Assembly (NCBI GenBank): GCA_047495785.1
Contig: JBLDXI010000055.1
Coordinates: forward strand, 2,019,284 to 2,083,283
Direction: 5' to 3'
Origin: Lepidodermella squamata
Taxonomy: Eukaryota > Animalia > Gastrotricha
DNA: 64,000 bases
The notes beneath the pieces are model-generated. The model saw only the letters and a list, made by a program, of their open reading frames with translations, was not told the origin of the DNA and did no database searches. A program made the position numbers and the translations under genes. Numbering within the stretch: the first letter of the stretch is position 1; the number at the start of each line of letters is the position of its first letter. Of this stretch, positions 38,321-50,070 are shown in pieces.

Positions 38321-41300
38321 TTCACACACACAGCGATTGACAGATATTGTCGCACGCATAAATAAGTGTATATAGTGTCATGTAAGTGTGCATGATGTGT
38401 TGAAATGCAAAATGCAGTAAATGACTAAAAAAGCGTAAAACAATAAGAACTCTTATCAATATTTATAAAATAAAACTGTCGACAAGCTTCGAAACACGGC
38501 GTGGGCGCAGAGTGTGGAATGAAAGATGGCTGGAAAAGTTGAACGGTGACGTGGTTGAATTTTTACCGGCTTCAGTTATCTGGGCGCCAGCAATAGAGGA
38601 TGCGCTACCATGCTGACGGTAAGTTTTACTTTTAACATCGGACCCAGAGCAACTGATTTGTCCTATAAACGCATTTCCTCAATAAATGGAAAACAATCAG
38701 TAACTTGAAATAAATGTGCACATCTACATCATGCTCTCAAGAGCTTTTTAGCTCTTAACATGAAAATGATTTGCAACGCAAATACATTCGACTCAAAATA
38801 GTTCACCTTCGGTCGAAATAGCTGCGAGCTGTAACTGAAACACAATTATATCTGCTACATAAGCCCACCCATGTAGCAGACACCGGCTGCATGCGTACCA
38901 CCATTACCGTGTTGCACAATAATAGGTACATGAACAATATACAGGCTGAGCAAAAAAGAGGCGCTATCTCGGCGCCAGTGCTGCTTTGCCGTCGTGCGAA
39001 TGATGATCGTTGCGAAAAATTTGAAAAGCTTCAAGATATGATAAGATATGATATGAAAAGACAATCTATAGCTGTGACCTATGGAATATAATGCTAATAG
39101 GTGGAACTCGATTTGCCAGCATTTTTAGGTATGCATCAGCATTTTCACGCATTATCGTAGCATCTATACAGCGCAGGAAGCAGAAACTATATAGCGGATA
39201 CTAGTATTTTTACAGCAGGTATTGTGCTGCTGTTTCTTTTTGCTGAGCGAAAAGTTACATAATTCGGAACAGATTCGCCGTCGCTGTCAATCGCTGTTTT
39301 AATATGTACATCGCTCCTCACTTCTCAGCCCCAATTTTTCTACCCAATAGCCAATAGACGTAACCTAGGTTATCGCATTTACCTGCTTTAGGAACTAATG
39401 CGGTACACTCTTAGATTTTGCTCTGGAATTGAAATCTGAAAGAATTTCGGCTTTTGGAGTAATTTTCTCGAGAATCAGTGCCAGTCTAGTTTACGACCTT
39501 ACGAAATTATCGAAAAAAAACTAATTTTCGATAAGGTCAGATTATGATAAGGGCCCGCAGCGATATGCCCAAGTTGTAATAGAGATGCTCCGAAACCTAA
39601 AAAGTGGAAGGCCTCCATGAGCCACAGCATCATTTCGATGATGTACTCCTGACGAGTACGGAGGCACCCTTTGATTAAAAATTTGCATAAAATATAGGTT
39701 GTAAGGTTATAAGGTTAAAATTCGATATATCTCTTTTATTATTTACAAATAAATTCAGGCGCACACAGGTTATCATTAGTAGGCTTATAGCCGACGCCCT
39801 AGGACGTTCATATTTTCTTCTCTCTTGTTTGGAAAATCGCCATAATTGTGCCCATTTTAAAAGACGATAAGGATTCGCGGCTTCTTGATTCATGTAAACT
39901 GTAAATAATATACACCCTACACCCGTATCGCTGCTAGCGACTTCGCACAAACGTTTAGGGTTTAGCAACGAGGTTTTAGTGTTTGTTTTGATCGTTTTTA
40001 TGTAATAAACGACATAAAAACGATCAAAACAAACACTAATCATCAACCATGATCTCTTGTTTATAAGCTTTACATTATACAGACTGTCTACTTACACACA
40101 AATTTTATATCTATGAAATGTTATATTGTACCCCCTGAATCATCGTGGCATCAAGTTGTCGCGCCGAGAGCGCTGCGAGGCGTATGGCTGAAAAATAAAA
40201 TCTCGATATGCCAACGATCGCTGCCTAATTCTAATTCCTCTTCTTCTCTTCTTCCTTGAAAAAAATATATCTACCGCGTCACCAGTTAGTTTTTAGTTCG
40301 CTAAGATCAACTATCGAAGCAAATTTCCCCTTTTTTCCTGTTCATAAGCAACATAGGTAGTATAGCTCTATCCCCAGTGGTCGCATTTGTCTCCTCCAAT
40401 TGTAATTAGTTTTCTCAGGATAACGGTTCGTCCCGAGTTGGCAAAGCGGCTTTTGCCGCCGATGCCATTTATTGAGAGTACGGCAATGGTCACGCATCTT
40501 GTGCGAACTGTGAAGTGACGGAAGCGTCGGCTGACACTCACGCAGCGGTAGTGCAACCGCTGGTGGCTAAAACTATATAGATCCGGCGCAATGAAAAGCC
40601 CTGATTTCTGGAAATTATGGTGGTCCGACATCCTCAATCGCACTTGAATTGTACGGAGAGCCTATTCCACTAGTCAATAGGGTACGGTACCTCAGCCTCC
40701 ATCCTCAGCCGCCATACTCCAGCTGGAACACACTCAAAGGCAGATCACAACTCGTGACACATCGCGTCGTTCAAACGAACGGGGCTTTTCCTTGCAGCTT
40801 ATTTATTTCAAAGTTTCAAGATTAAATTAATATCTTATCCGCCCTACATTTTTGCATCGCATGCTTCTGCCATAAATAATGAGGCGCATGAAGTTGCGGA
40901 AGTTGAAGAAATCGGTTGGTAATAGGATTTCTAAAATATGAAAATTACGAAAATGTAATTCTTAAGAAAAATTTATCTTTGTGTTGCCGGCTATCAGAAT
41001 TTAAGATTGGGCAAGTTTTAAATTCCGCAGCCGCCATCGTGAAACGTCATCGGTCACCTTTACGACACGAGTCGTGGCTTAGACCCAGCCATAGTGGAAT
41101 TGACTCAATGCGCACTCATTTATGACATTCTTCCTCTTCCATTCTTCCCATCTTCTGAATATTCTTCAGAATTGCAATGATCTTAATGAAAGCATTGATT
41201 TTTGGCGTCCTGTTTCCATCTGTTCAATTGAAATTGCATCAGTTTTTTCTTCTTAAACGGTTATACGCGGCAGGGATTGGCAAGCCATGGCGGAATTATA

Positions 41301-43658
41301 TCAGTTGGCAGAAGACTAAATTGCGTCAATTTGAGTCAATCAAGTCGCAGAGATGAAAATTGTCCGTGCAAGGTGCGATTTGCCCATAGCGAGCATGATG
41401 GCGAGATCGCTTTAAAACCTGTCCAACCTGTCATTGGCTGAGATTCGCTCATGGCCTATTATGTAATTTTCTCATATTAGTCTTTTATTTATATAAATTT
41501 CAGAAAATAAAGCAAAATTCATCAACTGCATACTTATTTTACTAGACGAGCGTTGAACGCGTAATAATTATGATTTCAAGCAGCAATAACGATGCACGAT
41601 CGACCGAACATCGTTATTGCTGCTTGGAATTCAAATTATTACTCGTTCAACGTTACACGCGCACACGATTGTTATCTTGGAGTATGCCGTGTTTTTCATG
41701 TGTAGTACGCTCATCGTACGCGCACGATAGGGCGTACAGCGCGCATACGACAAAATAGCTGAAATACAACATACGAAGCGCGCGTACATACAATACATAC
41801 AATGTCTATGTATTCCTCCAAGATTGTTATACTCAGCTCAAAAAACATCAACGCACATTTGCGTGACAGTTTTATTGAATAGTGGCAAAACACCGTAACT
41901 CCTAAAGATTCGAAAAATACCAACTAATAGAGAATAAATAATTATAGTAATCACGACGCGCGCGCCATATGCTGCCGACCACTCGCGCACAGCTCGCTTA
42001 ATCGCACCGCTGAACAACGCCAGCATTTTGACTGACATCGACAACAACGGTGACCAAGATGATTCGATATCGCTAGAGCAAACCCGAGAAGAATTCTTAG
42101 ATGAATGGAAAAAATGAAAGATAGAACCCGTATTGGGAGAAAAAAGAATAACGAAAGGTCGGGGTACATCTACTTGCCACTCCCCAGCAGCAATCATTGC
42201 ATTCACGTTGCATCAACTATCGTACAAAAATAAGGAACATACCTTTCGGACTGCTAATAATATCTGCTGTTTCGACCTCGAGAGATTGACTTTTGGTTGG
42301 AGCACAGCAGGAAAACAAATCAGCCAAGGGCATTGGCTATTAGCTGCTATCAATAAAGAAATCGCGCTATATTAATATTGTTATATTGCGTTTATATGAA
42401 AATTCGTGCTACTTGCGCATCGAACATGAAAAAATCTAAAGATATAACAAGGAAAAACATATGAGATGATTGGATTCAAGCTTGAATCATGCCGGGTCCC
42501 GTGGTTTGCTTCTTCTCGAAAAGGAGTAGTCGTTGAAACTAATACATACGAATAAGAAGGATAAAGGTGAGAGCTCTCTCGGCGACTAGCTTTCTAATTC
42601 GGCTTCCTCAGCAATCGGCAAGTGAATTTCTTACCTTACATATTATACCCTAAAACCTGGAGAAGCAAATCACATATCATTTTGGTGAAAAGAACAAAGG
42701 CCCTTTCAATGTTTACTAGAGATTCCGCTGTGCATCAGGTGTAAAAAAGCCTCATTTTACTCATCAGGTCTGGGGCGGCCGGCAAGTTTGAAATATCTGC
42801 AATGAGCGCGGCCGGATGCCATTGGATGCCAAAAAAAACCGCGGCGCAATATAACACAGCCCAATTTCACTACATACGCGAGCGTTAAAAATCCCGCTTG
42901 CACGTGCAAGCGGTAAAAAAATTAGATGTACGGATTAAAGGATCGCTGCGGTCCGGCGCAGACATTTATAACAATGAATATCACCGCTATTTCACGATTT
43001 ACTTGTCTTGATGAGCACACATGGTTGAACTGATATATACAAATATAATAGGCCCTCCTATATCGCAATGATATCAGATTTAATGTTATTGGCTAAATAA
43101 ACGTATAGCGCTGATGTGCCAGAATATGGCAACACTTCTTTTATGATATAACCTCATCTCGCATCAGGATATTGTAAAGCACCAACCGATTTTTTTGCCT
43201 TCTTACCTATATTTCTCTATTTCTCTATTTCTTTATAATCTTTACGTCTTTATAAGATGGGCGTCACATCTTCTTTCTACGAGTTTTTATTAAGGCGGAC
43301 TTTTTATTTTTGTTGCATTTTTATTACAATTGTCTATTCAATTACAATATAAAATATAAGGCGAGTGCAGCGATGCCTTGAGACCTGAGATTAAATGAAG
43401 CGAAGCCGAGTCTAGTTGCGGAAGGCGAGTGACACGAGCCGAAAATTGCATGGTCGGAGACAGTCGAGACGTTCTTTATTCTTACTTCTTTCGCCTTTTT
43501 CGTTTCTTTCTAGCGGATATGATAGAGCGCAACGACCAATTGCGGCGGCGGGCCGCTTCTTGCCATCGATACGTAAATTAAAATTCAACGCGTTTTTTGA
43601 CATGAAAAACGACGCAGCGGACGAAGTTTTGACAATCATACCTTTGATTTTGAATTAA

Positions 43659-44030
43659 TTTCCCGCCAAAATAGGCGTAACCCTAACCCTAATCCTTAAC
43701 ACTATTCCTAGGGCTTAACCCTAATCCTTAACACTATTCCTAGGGCTTAACCATAATCATTAACACTAACCCTAATCGATAATCCCTAACCCTAGTCGAT
43801 ATCGATTGATTTTTCCAACGGAAAAATAATTTGAAATTTTCCCGCCAAAAACTATTTTACCGCCAAATTATGACCTTGACACACACACAATATTCCCGCC
43901 AAAACCCTAGTCAAAATTTGAATTTTCCAAAATTCCAACGGTCACTCGCTAGTTTTTGAAAAGGAAAATTGAAACTTTCCCGCCAACCATTATTTCAGCG
44001 CCAAAATACCAAAATGTGACCTTGACTCTT
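43659..44030. promoter_or_regulatory. Cluster of E2F-type, Myb-type and TGACCTTGA motifs
   Basis: TTCCCGCCAA at about 43660, 43839, 43893, 43977 plus two variants; CCAACGG at about 43815 and 43934; TGACCTTGA at 43871 and 44017; TTTGAA next to some E2F sites. Confidence 0.55.
43678..43795 (+). repeat. Degenerate C-strand telomeric repeats (TAACCC) with a 32-bp higher-order unit
   Basis: TAACCCTAACCC, then TAACCCTAATCCTTAACACTATTCCTAGGGCT x2 plus a partial third copy. Confidence 0.75.
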
Positions 44031-44477
44031 CCGGCATAAATTCAAACTTCTAAAATGTAATGGGCATGTGACGCAAAAGTAACCAATGCATGAGTCATCT
44101 TGCAAGAGTGAAAGTACCCTCTGGAATTGTCACGTTTTACGAGACCAAGCCAAGCTTTTATGTCTCGCCAACGGTCAGCTGCGAATATTCTTAAAATGTC
44201 AGCTTGACATAACGGCAACTTGCTATGATAATAAATGCGGAGTCAACCTTTTCGTCATATGTGTAGATTCCGCTCTGGTAATGAAAGACATTTCAGCATA
44301 CAAAAGTTAGTAAAACTCGACTGCATTTTTCTATTTGTATCCTTGGATTGAGAAAAGCCATGGAGTGCAATCTTTACATTTACTTCGATTAGATTTCGAT
44401 AGCGATTTCGAAATACAAAGGTTAATATAATGTTTAATAATATTGTAATAATGTTGATTATTTTTTTTATATACAGG

Positions 44478-44740
44478 TCACCAGTTGGCATTTTCCTCCT
44501 TCACAGGAGGACTAGGGGGCTGTGGAGGAGGATGAGGTACGAGTAATCCGTGAATGTCCCATATTATCTGGATGATAGTGTTGTAGCTGGCTACTGAGTT
44601 CTGCAAGTGATCATACATTTGACCTGCCTCGTCGTAGCTGAAGAAAGAAAAATATAAGGTATGTTGAATTTTTTGACATTAAATACGTACAGGTTTACAA
44701 ATAGTTGAAAGAAAATTTCAGCTATTTGAGGATTAGCCAT
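44478..44740 (-). CDS. Putative small two-exon orphan protein (about 69 aa)
   Basis: ATG 44740, GTACGT...TTTCTTCAG intron of genome-typical size, open frame MANPQIAEIFFQLFVNLYDEAGQMYDHLQNSVASYNTIIQIIWDIHGLLVPHPPPQPPSPPVKEENANW*. Confidence 0.35.
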
Positions 44741-44974
44741 TTCAGGATAAGTAAAGTTGCCAAGTAAAATGATGCGTAAGAATATGACAAGGTATTGTAC
44801 AGTTGATATAAATTTTGTAAGATTTCGCCAAAAAATTTTTTTGAAAACTGAGCATTGCATCTCGGCACCATTTATACAATGTATATGCAGAGAAGTCGTA
44901 AACAGGTAGAATGTAATAAAAAGCAAGTAAATTCGTCATGTTACCTCATTTTCTCATTTTTCTTGGAATATTAA

Positions 44975-45523
44975 ATGCTTGAAATTGATGTTACTGTGCA
45001 AAATGTTGTTTCCACACTCTCGCTGGGGGTACATTTTGATCTGCGGAAAATTATTCACCTCTTCAAAATGGATGAGCTTAAACAAAAGTTTCCAAATGCT
45101 CTCGTCATTAAAGAGCCGCACTCCAACGCTTTGCTATTGAAAAACGGGAAAGTAGTGCTTTTTACGAAGAATCCTGAACTGGCAAAAATTTATGGGCGAA
45201 AACTGGCAAGGAAACTACAGCGACAAGACAACACTGCCATAAAGGTATCTAAGATTCGCCTGGTAAACAGTACTCTTGCGGGAAAGATGCCAACTGGAAT
45301 AAACATAACTGAGGCCTTAATAGCTCGTGTTGCCAAACTCTGTGCGCGAGTGATATATGATAATACTAGATTTCCGGCACTGCGGTGTAAAAATGTGACC
45401 AATGGTTCAACATGCGTGAATGTATTTTCGTCGGGGTGGATAATAGTGACTGGCATTAAAGATTTAACTACACCTCTGACGCAGCTTGAAACTATATTAT
45501 ATGCGATACTATATGAGAAATAA
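44975..45523 (+). CDS. Intronless, highly divergent TBP/TRF-family protein (core domain only, 182 aa)
   Basis: Two TBP repeats: VQNVVSTLSLG..DLRKI..KFP..EP..ALL..NGKVV..ARKLQ and LVNS..I..YDNTRFPAL..NVFSSGWIIVTGIK; AATAAA overlaps the stop. Confidence 0.85.
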   Translation: MLEIDVTVQNVVSTLSLGVHFDLRKIIHLFKMDELKQKFPNALVIKEPHSNALLLKNGKVVLFTKNPELAKIYGRKLARKLQRQDNTAIKVSKIRLVNSTLAGKMPTGINITEALIARVAKLCARVIYDNTRFPALRCKNVTNGSTCVNVFSSGWIIVTGIKDLTTPLTQLETILYAILYEK

Positions 45524-45965
45524 AAATTGGACGCGACACACACTCGACTGAATGTTAATAGCCTACGTCCATGCTACTATGTAGTAGTAGCATGCCATTG
45601 AAATTGCGTACATTTATTCTTAAATTTAGCGTCTATGATCTTAGGCTGTTCCGATGCTATGGAAAGAAGAACTGCTGTAATAAAAATTAAGATTTCGCAA
45701 TGTAACTCTGGGGAATCAATTCTAATCTGGAGCAGTTATCCACAATTCAAGTTCATCGTTGTACTGTTTCGCCAATGCCTTTAATGTTGACGGAATCATC
45801 ACATTCCGTCGCAGTTTGCTCGAACGAAGTTATTCATAGAAATTAGAAATAGACCGTTTTACACACACTGGAAATCGATGGGATCCTCAGGTATGATTTT
45901 TCATGACTACATTTAATTCAAAATAGCTAAATTTCCATTTCATTCATTCAGATCATAAAGGTTAA

Positions 45966-46038
45966 AGGGTTAGGGTTAGGGTTAGGGTTAGGGTTAGGGT
46001 TAGGGTTAGGGTTAGGGTTAGGGTTAGGGTTAGGGTTA
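45966..46038 (+). repeat. Interstitial telomeric tract, 11 perfect TTAGGG plus partial units
   Basis: Direct reading of the sequence. Confidence 0.98.
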
Positions 46039-46300
46039 TTGGTAATAGTTTAATACAGACGAGCTGCAAACCGGGGCCTCTCGTTTTACCGAGAGTCAAA
46101 CCGGGCACTACCATTACTCCATCATAGGGATCCAAGATGAGCATCATTTTCATGTTTATGATGATTCTTCATCACAAAAATTATGTGTCCCTAACCACTC
46201 CGCAATAATACTGAGATCCGATAAAAAATTCCCGACAAATGGCTCAAAGGAACTCAGACAAAATTTGTATTCAAAGAATGAATACAATTCAATCAGAAGA

Positions 46301-46434
46301 ATGACCCAGGGGAGTCATTTTCTGCTTGAATTTAATTTACCATGACCCAGGGGAGTCAGGCAAATTATCTATTTTACCATGACCCAGGGGAGTCAGGCAA
46401 ATTATTAATATTTCACCATGACCCAGGGGAGTCA
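46301..46434 (+). repeat. Four copies of ATGACCCAGGGGAGTCA at 37-41 bp spacing (also in copies 2 and 3)
   Basis: Copies begin at 46301, 46342, 46379 and 46418. Confidence 0.9.
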
Positions 46435-47039
46435 GGGAAATTACAAAGGATAGAATTAGAAATAAATAAATTGTAAACATTTCAACATAAGTCTACTGCC
46501 TTGGAACAGTTTCATAACTTCGGAAAAATTGCTTACTTTCCGTCAAACGTTGAAGCAAAAGTTATGAAGGGTTTTACACTAGTGTCCTCAAACTTACTAT
46601 ATGTTGAAAACAAAGTTTAACAGATAGTGCTCTTGAAGAGCGATTGATAATTTTACAGTCTTCGAGAAAGACTTTTATAAGCTTCTTTGATTGAATGGCT
46701 GCGTAAATTATTTTCTCGCCAGATTTTGCCAATCGTCGTGCCAAGTCAAGTCACATGGATCTTATTCATGCGTTGTATTTAATTAGCGAGTCGTTCTTTA
46801 TGAATGAAATAAGATTCCAAGCTCAAGTCACGTGCAAACTAGAGCACATAAAAAATTATTTCCAAGATATTTTTGGAAATTAAAATGCAAATTACAGCAT
46901 GAACACAAGAAGCGGGCAAAACTGACAAGTGCAGATGCATCCCCTGAAGGTGCACCTCATCGTTATGCCAATCGTATTCAGCGGGAATGAAAACTTAACA
47001 AGCGAAATAAATGAGCAAGTAATTTCACAAAATTATGAC

Positions 47040-50000
47040 CCAACAGGTCACGTTAAATAAATCTGGAACCCTCAATATTAGACGTACCTCGTTTTGGATA
47101 TGATTTCCGCAATCAGCGGACCCCATTTTACTTATTCTTTGTGTTTAATCAACAGTTAACTCAGGATCAACGGAATTGTTGAAGAATTTGAACCTCCATA
47201 AGTGACATTTTAAATTTCAAAGTAGGTCATCTGGAACCGATCTGGAACCTTTTCCCTTCACCGTACATGATTTTCGACCACATTTCCACCATCAGCGGAC
47301 CCGATAATACTAATTCCATGCGATTAATCTGCAGTTGACTGAAGATCCGAGAAAATATGAATTATTTTGAAATGCCAAAAGTGAAAATCTCAATTTCGAA
47401 ATAGATGATTTTAGTTCGCTCCGGAACCTTTATTATCGACAGCCGTCTTGATTCAACTTGATATTCGTCATCAGCTGACTTGATAGTACTATTCCTGTCA
47501 ATATTTCACCAATTGGCTCTGAATCCGGTAAGTTTAGATGAAATTTGAAAGGTCAACCGTGACCAGATCGAGCTGAAAATAGGTCATTTGGGATCGATCT
47601 GGAACCTTTTCCCTTCACCGTACATGGTTTTCAACCACGTAATCGCCATCAGCGGACCTGATAGCACGATTCCTGTAAATTATTCACAAACTGGCCGAGA
47701 ATCCGACAAGTTAAGATCAAATTTGAAAGGTCAATCATGAAAATTTAAAAGTCAAAGTAGGTCATTTGGGATCGGTCTGGAACCTTTTCCCTTCACCGTA
47801 CATGGTTTTCAACCACGTTATCGTCATCAGCGGTCCTCGTATCATGATTCCTGTAAATTATTCACAAATTGGCGAAGAATCCGACAATTTAACGACCCAT
47901 TTGAAAGGTCAAACATGAAAATGTAAAAGTCAAAGTAGGTCATTTGGGATCGATCTGGATCTTTTATCTCGAATCGGGTGTGTTTTCCGACTTGATATTC
48001 CTCATCAGCGGACCTGATTGTGCTATTCCCGTCAATTTTTCACCAAATGGCTCAGGATCCGTCAAGTTATGATCAAAATTGAAAGGTAAAATTGTTTAAT
48101 TTTCCATTTCAAAGTACGTGATTTGGATTCGCTCTGGAACCATTATGGTAGATAGCCTTCTTAATCCGATTTGATATTCATTATCAGCGGACCTGACATT
48201 GCTATTCCTGCGATTTATTCACGAAGTGACCAAGAATCCGGGAAGTTTAGATGAAATTTGAAAGGTCAACCGTGACCAGGTTGAACTCAAATTAGGTCAT
48301 TTGGGATTGATCTGGAACCTTTTCCCTTCACCGTACATGGTTTTCAACCACATAATCGTCATTAGCGGACCCGATAATATTATTTCCATGCGATTCATCG
48401 ATCAGTGCCTGAAAATCCGAGGCATAATGAATTATTTTAAGATGCCAAAAGTGAAAATTTGAAGCCCGAAGTGGGTCACTTGGAATCGTTCTGGAACCTT
48501 TTTTTCACCGTACCAAGGTTTGGACGACACATTCATGATCGGTTGACCCGATAGTACTATTTCCATTCCAATAGCCGAAATTCCCCCCAAGATCCGAGAA
48601 TTCATGAATAATTTCGAAATGCTTAATTACAAAACATCAAGTTCAAACTAGGTCATTTGGAAACGACCTGGAACCTTTTTCCGAGATTCCCTCGCGAATC
48701 TGGCATCATATTCGTGCTCAGGAGCCCTGAGAGTACCAATTCCATGTATTTAATCGGCAAAAGCATGGGAATCCGAGAAATCCCTGACTATTTTGAAAGG
48801 TCCAAATAGTCCAAAAGTGAGAATTTCCAACTTAAAGTAGGTCATTTGGGATCGATCTGGAACCTTTATCTCGAATCGGGTGTGTTTTTCGACTTGATAT
48901 TCGTCATCAGCTGACTTGAAAGTACTATTCCTGTCAATATTTCACCAATTGGCTCTGAATCCGGTAAGTTTAGATGAAATTTGAAAGGTCAACCGTGACC
49001 AGATCGAGCTGAAAATAGGTCATTTGGGATCGATCTGGAACCTTTTCCCTTCACCGTACATGGTTTTCAACCACGTAATCGCCATCAGCGGACCTGATGG
49101 CACGATTCCTGTAAATAATTCACAAATTGGCTTAGGATTCGTCATGTTGAGATGAAATTTGAAAAGCCAAACATGGCTTCTACATTACTCACAAAGGTCA
49201 ATTGGTACCTCGCCGGAACCTTTTCTGTTAACAGTGTATGGTCTCGACCCCACAATCGCGGTTGGTCGACCCGATGATGCTTATTTGAATAATCGACAAG
49301 CGCCTGAAGATCCGAGGGATAGCCAAAAAGTTTATAAAATCCAAAAGTGAAATTCTTTAAACTGAAGTAGGTCACTTGGAATCGGTCTGGAACCTTTGTC
49401 ATTGGCCGCACATGTCTCCTGACCACATCCCCGCGTTAAGCGGACTCTATAACACAATTTCATTGCGGTTAATCAATAAATGCATGAAGATCCGAAAAAT
49501 TATGAAATTATTTGAAATGCCAAAAGTTAAATTTCGGAACTCAAAATAGCCCACTTGGAATCGATCTGGAACCTTTTCTGTTCACCGTACAAGGGTTTTG
49601 ACCACATAATCTTGATCGGCGGACCCGACAGTATTATTTCCATTCTAACGCTTGAAAATTCACCCAAGATCCGAATAAATATGAATTTCTTTGGCAGTAC
49701 CAAAGAAGAAACTCTCAAACTCAAATAAGGTCATCTGGAATCGATCTGGAACCTTTTCCCTTCACCGTACATGATTTTCGACCACATTTCCGCCATCAGC
49801 GGACCCGATAATACTATTTTCATTCGATTAATCGCCAATTGACTGAATATCCGAGAAATTATGAATTATTTTGAAATGCCAAAAGTGAATATCTCAAACT
49901 CAAATAGGTCATCTGGAACCGATCTGGAGCTTTTACCGTTAACCGTACATGATTTTAGGCGACATATTTGTCATCTGGAGACCTTATAACACTATGCCTA

Positions 50001-50070
50001 TGAATAATTCTTAAATCGGCTCAGAATCTATCAAGTTGACATGACATTTGAAAGGTCAACTAACTACAAA
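47040..50070 (+). repeat. Internal satellite array, about 17 diverged monomers of about 178 bp (also in the other copies)
   Basis: GGTCATTTGGGATCG recurs at 47582, 47760, 47938 (178-bp period); shared blocks TCTGGAACCTTT, TCAGCGGACC, ATCCGA, TTTGAAA. Confidence 0.92.

Noticed and set aside
39585-39670. Three-way hairpin with CTGACGA and an upstream GAAAC (possible hammerhead or HDV-like ribozyme)
   Set aside because: Stems form (GCCTCC/GGAGGC, CATCAT/ATGATG, GTACTC/GAGTAC) but the core motifs are out of register for a hammerhead and I could not build an HDV pseudoknot.
35300-43600. Numerous 60-150 aa ORFs; possible upstream PET-domain exons of the LIM gene
   Set aside because: No recognisable domains or consistent exon chain; probably intronic or regulatory sequence.
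45540-45960. Possible minus-strand gene convergent with the TBP-like ORF
   Set aside because: Only short frames broken by stops; cannot be supported.
46301-46434. CRISPR-like repeat-spacer pattern
   Set aside because: Eukaryotic context, the spacers resemble each other, only four short repeats, and no cas genes.
47040-50070. Hammerhead ribozyme (retrozyme) in the 178-bp monomers: minus strand has CTGATGA...GAAA..CATGTA
   Set aside because: Many monomers read CTGATGG, the stem II closing pair and stem III do not form, and stem I has only 3 bp; the core is not conserved. An Infernal or RNAMotif scan would settle it.
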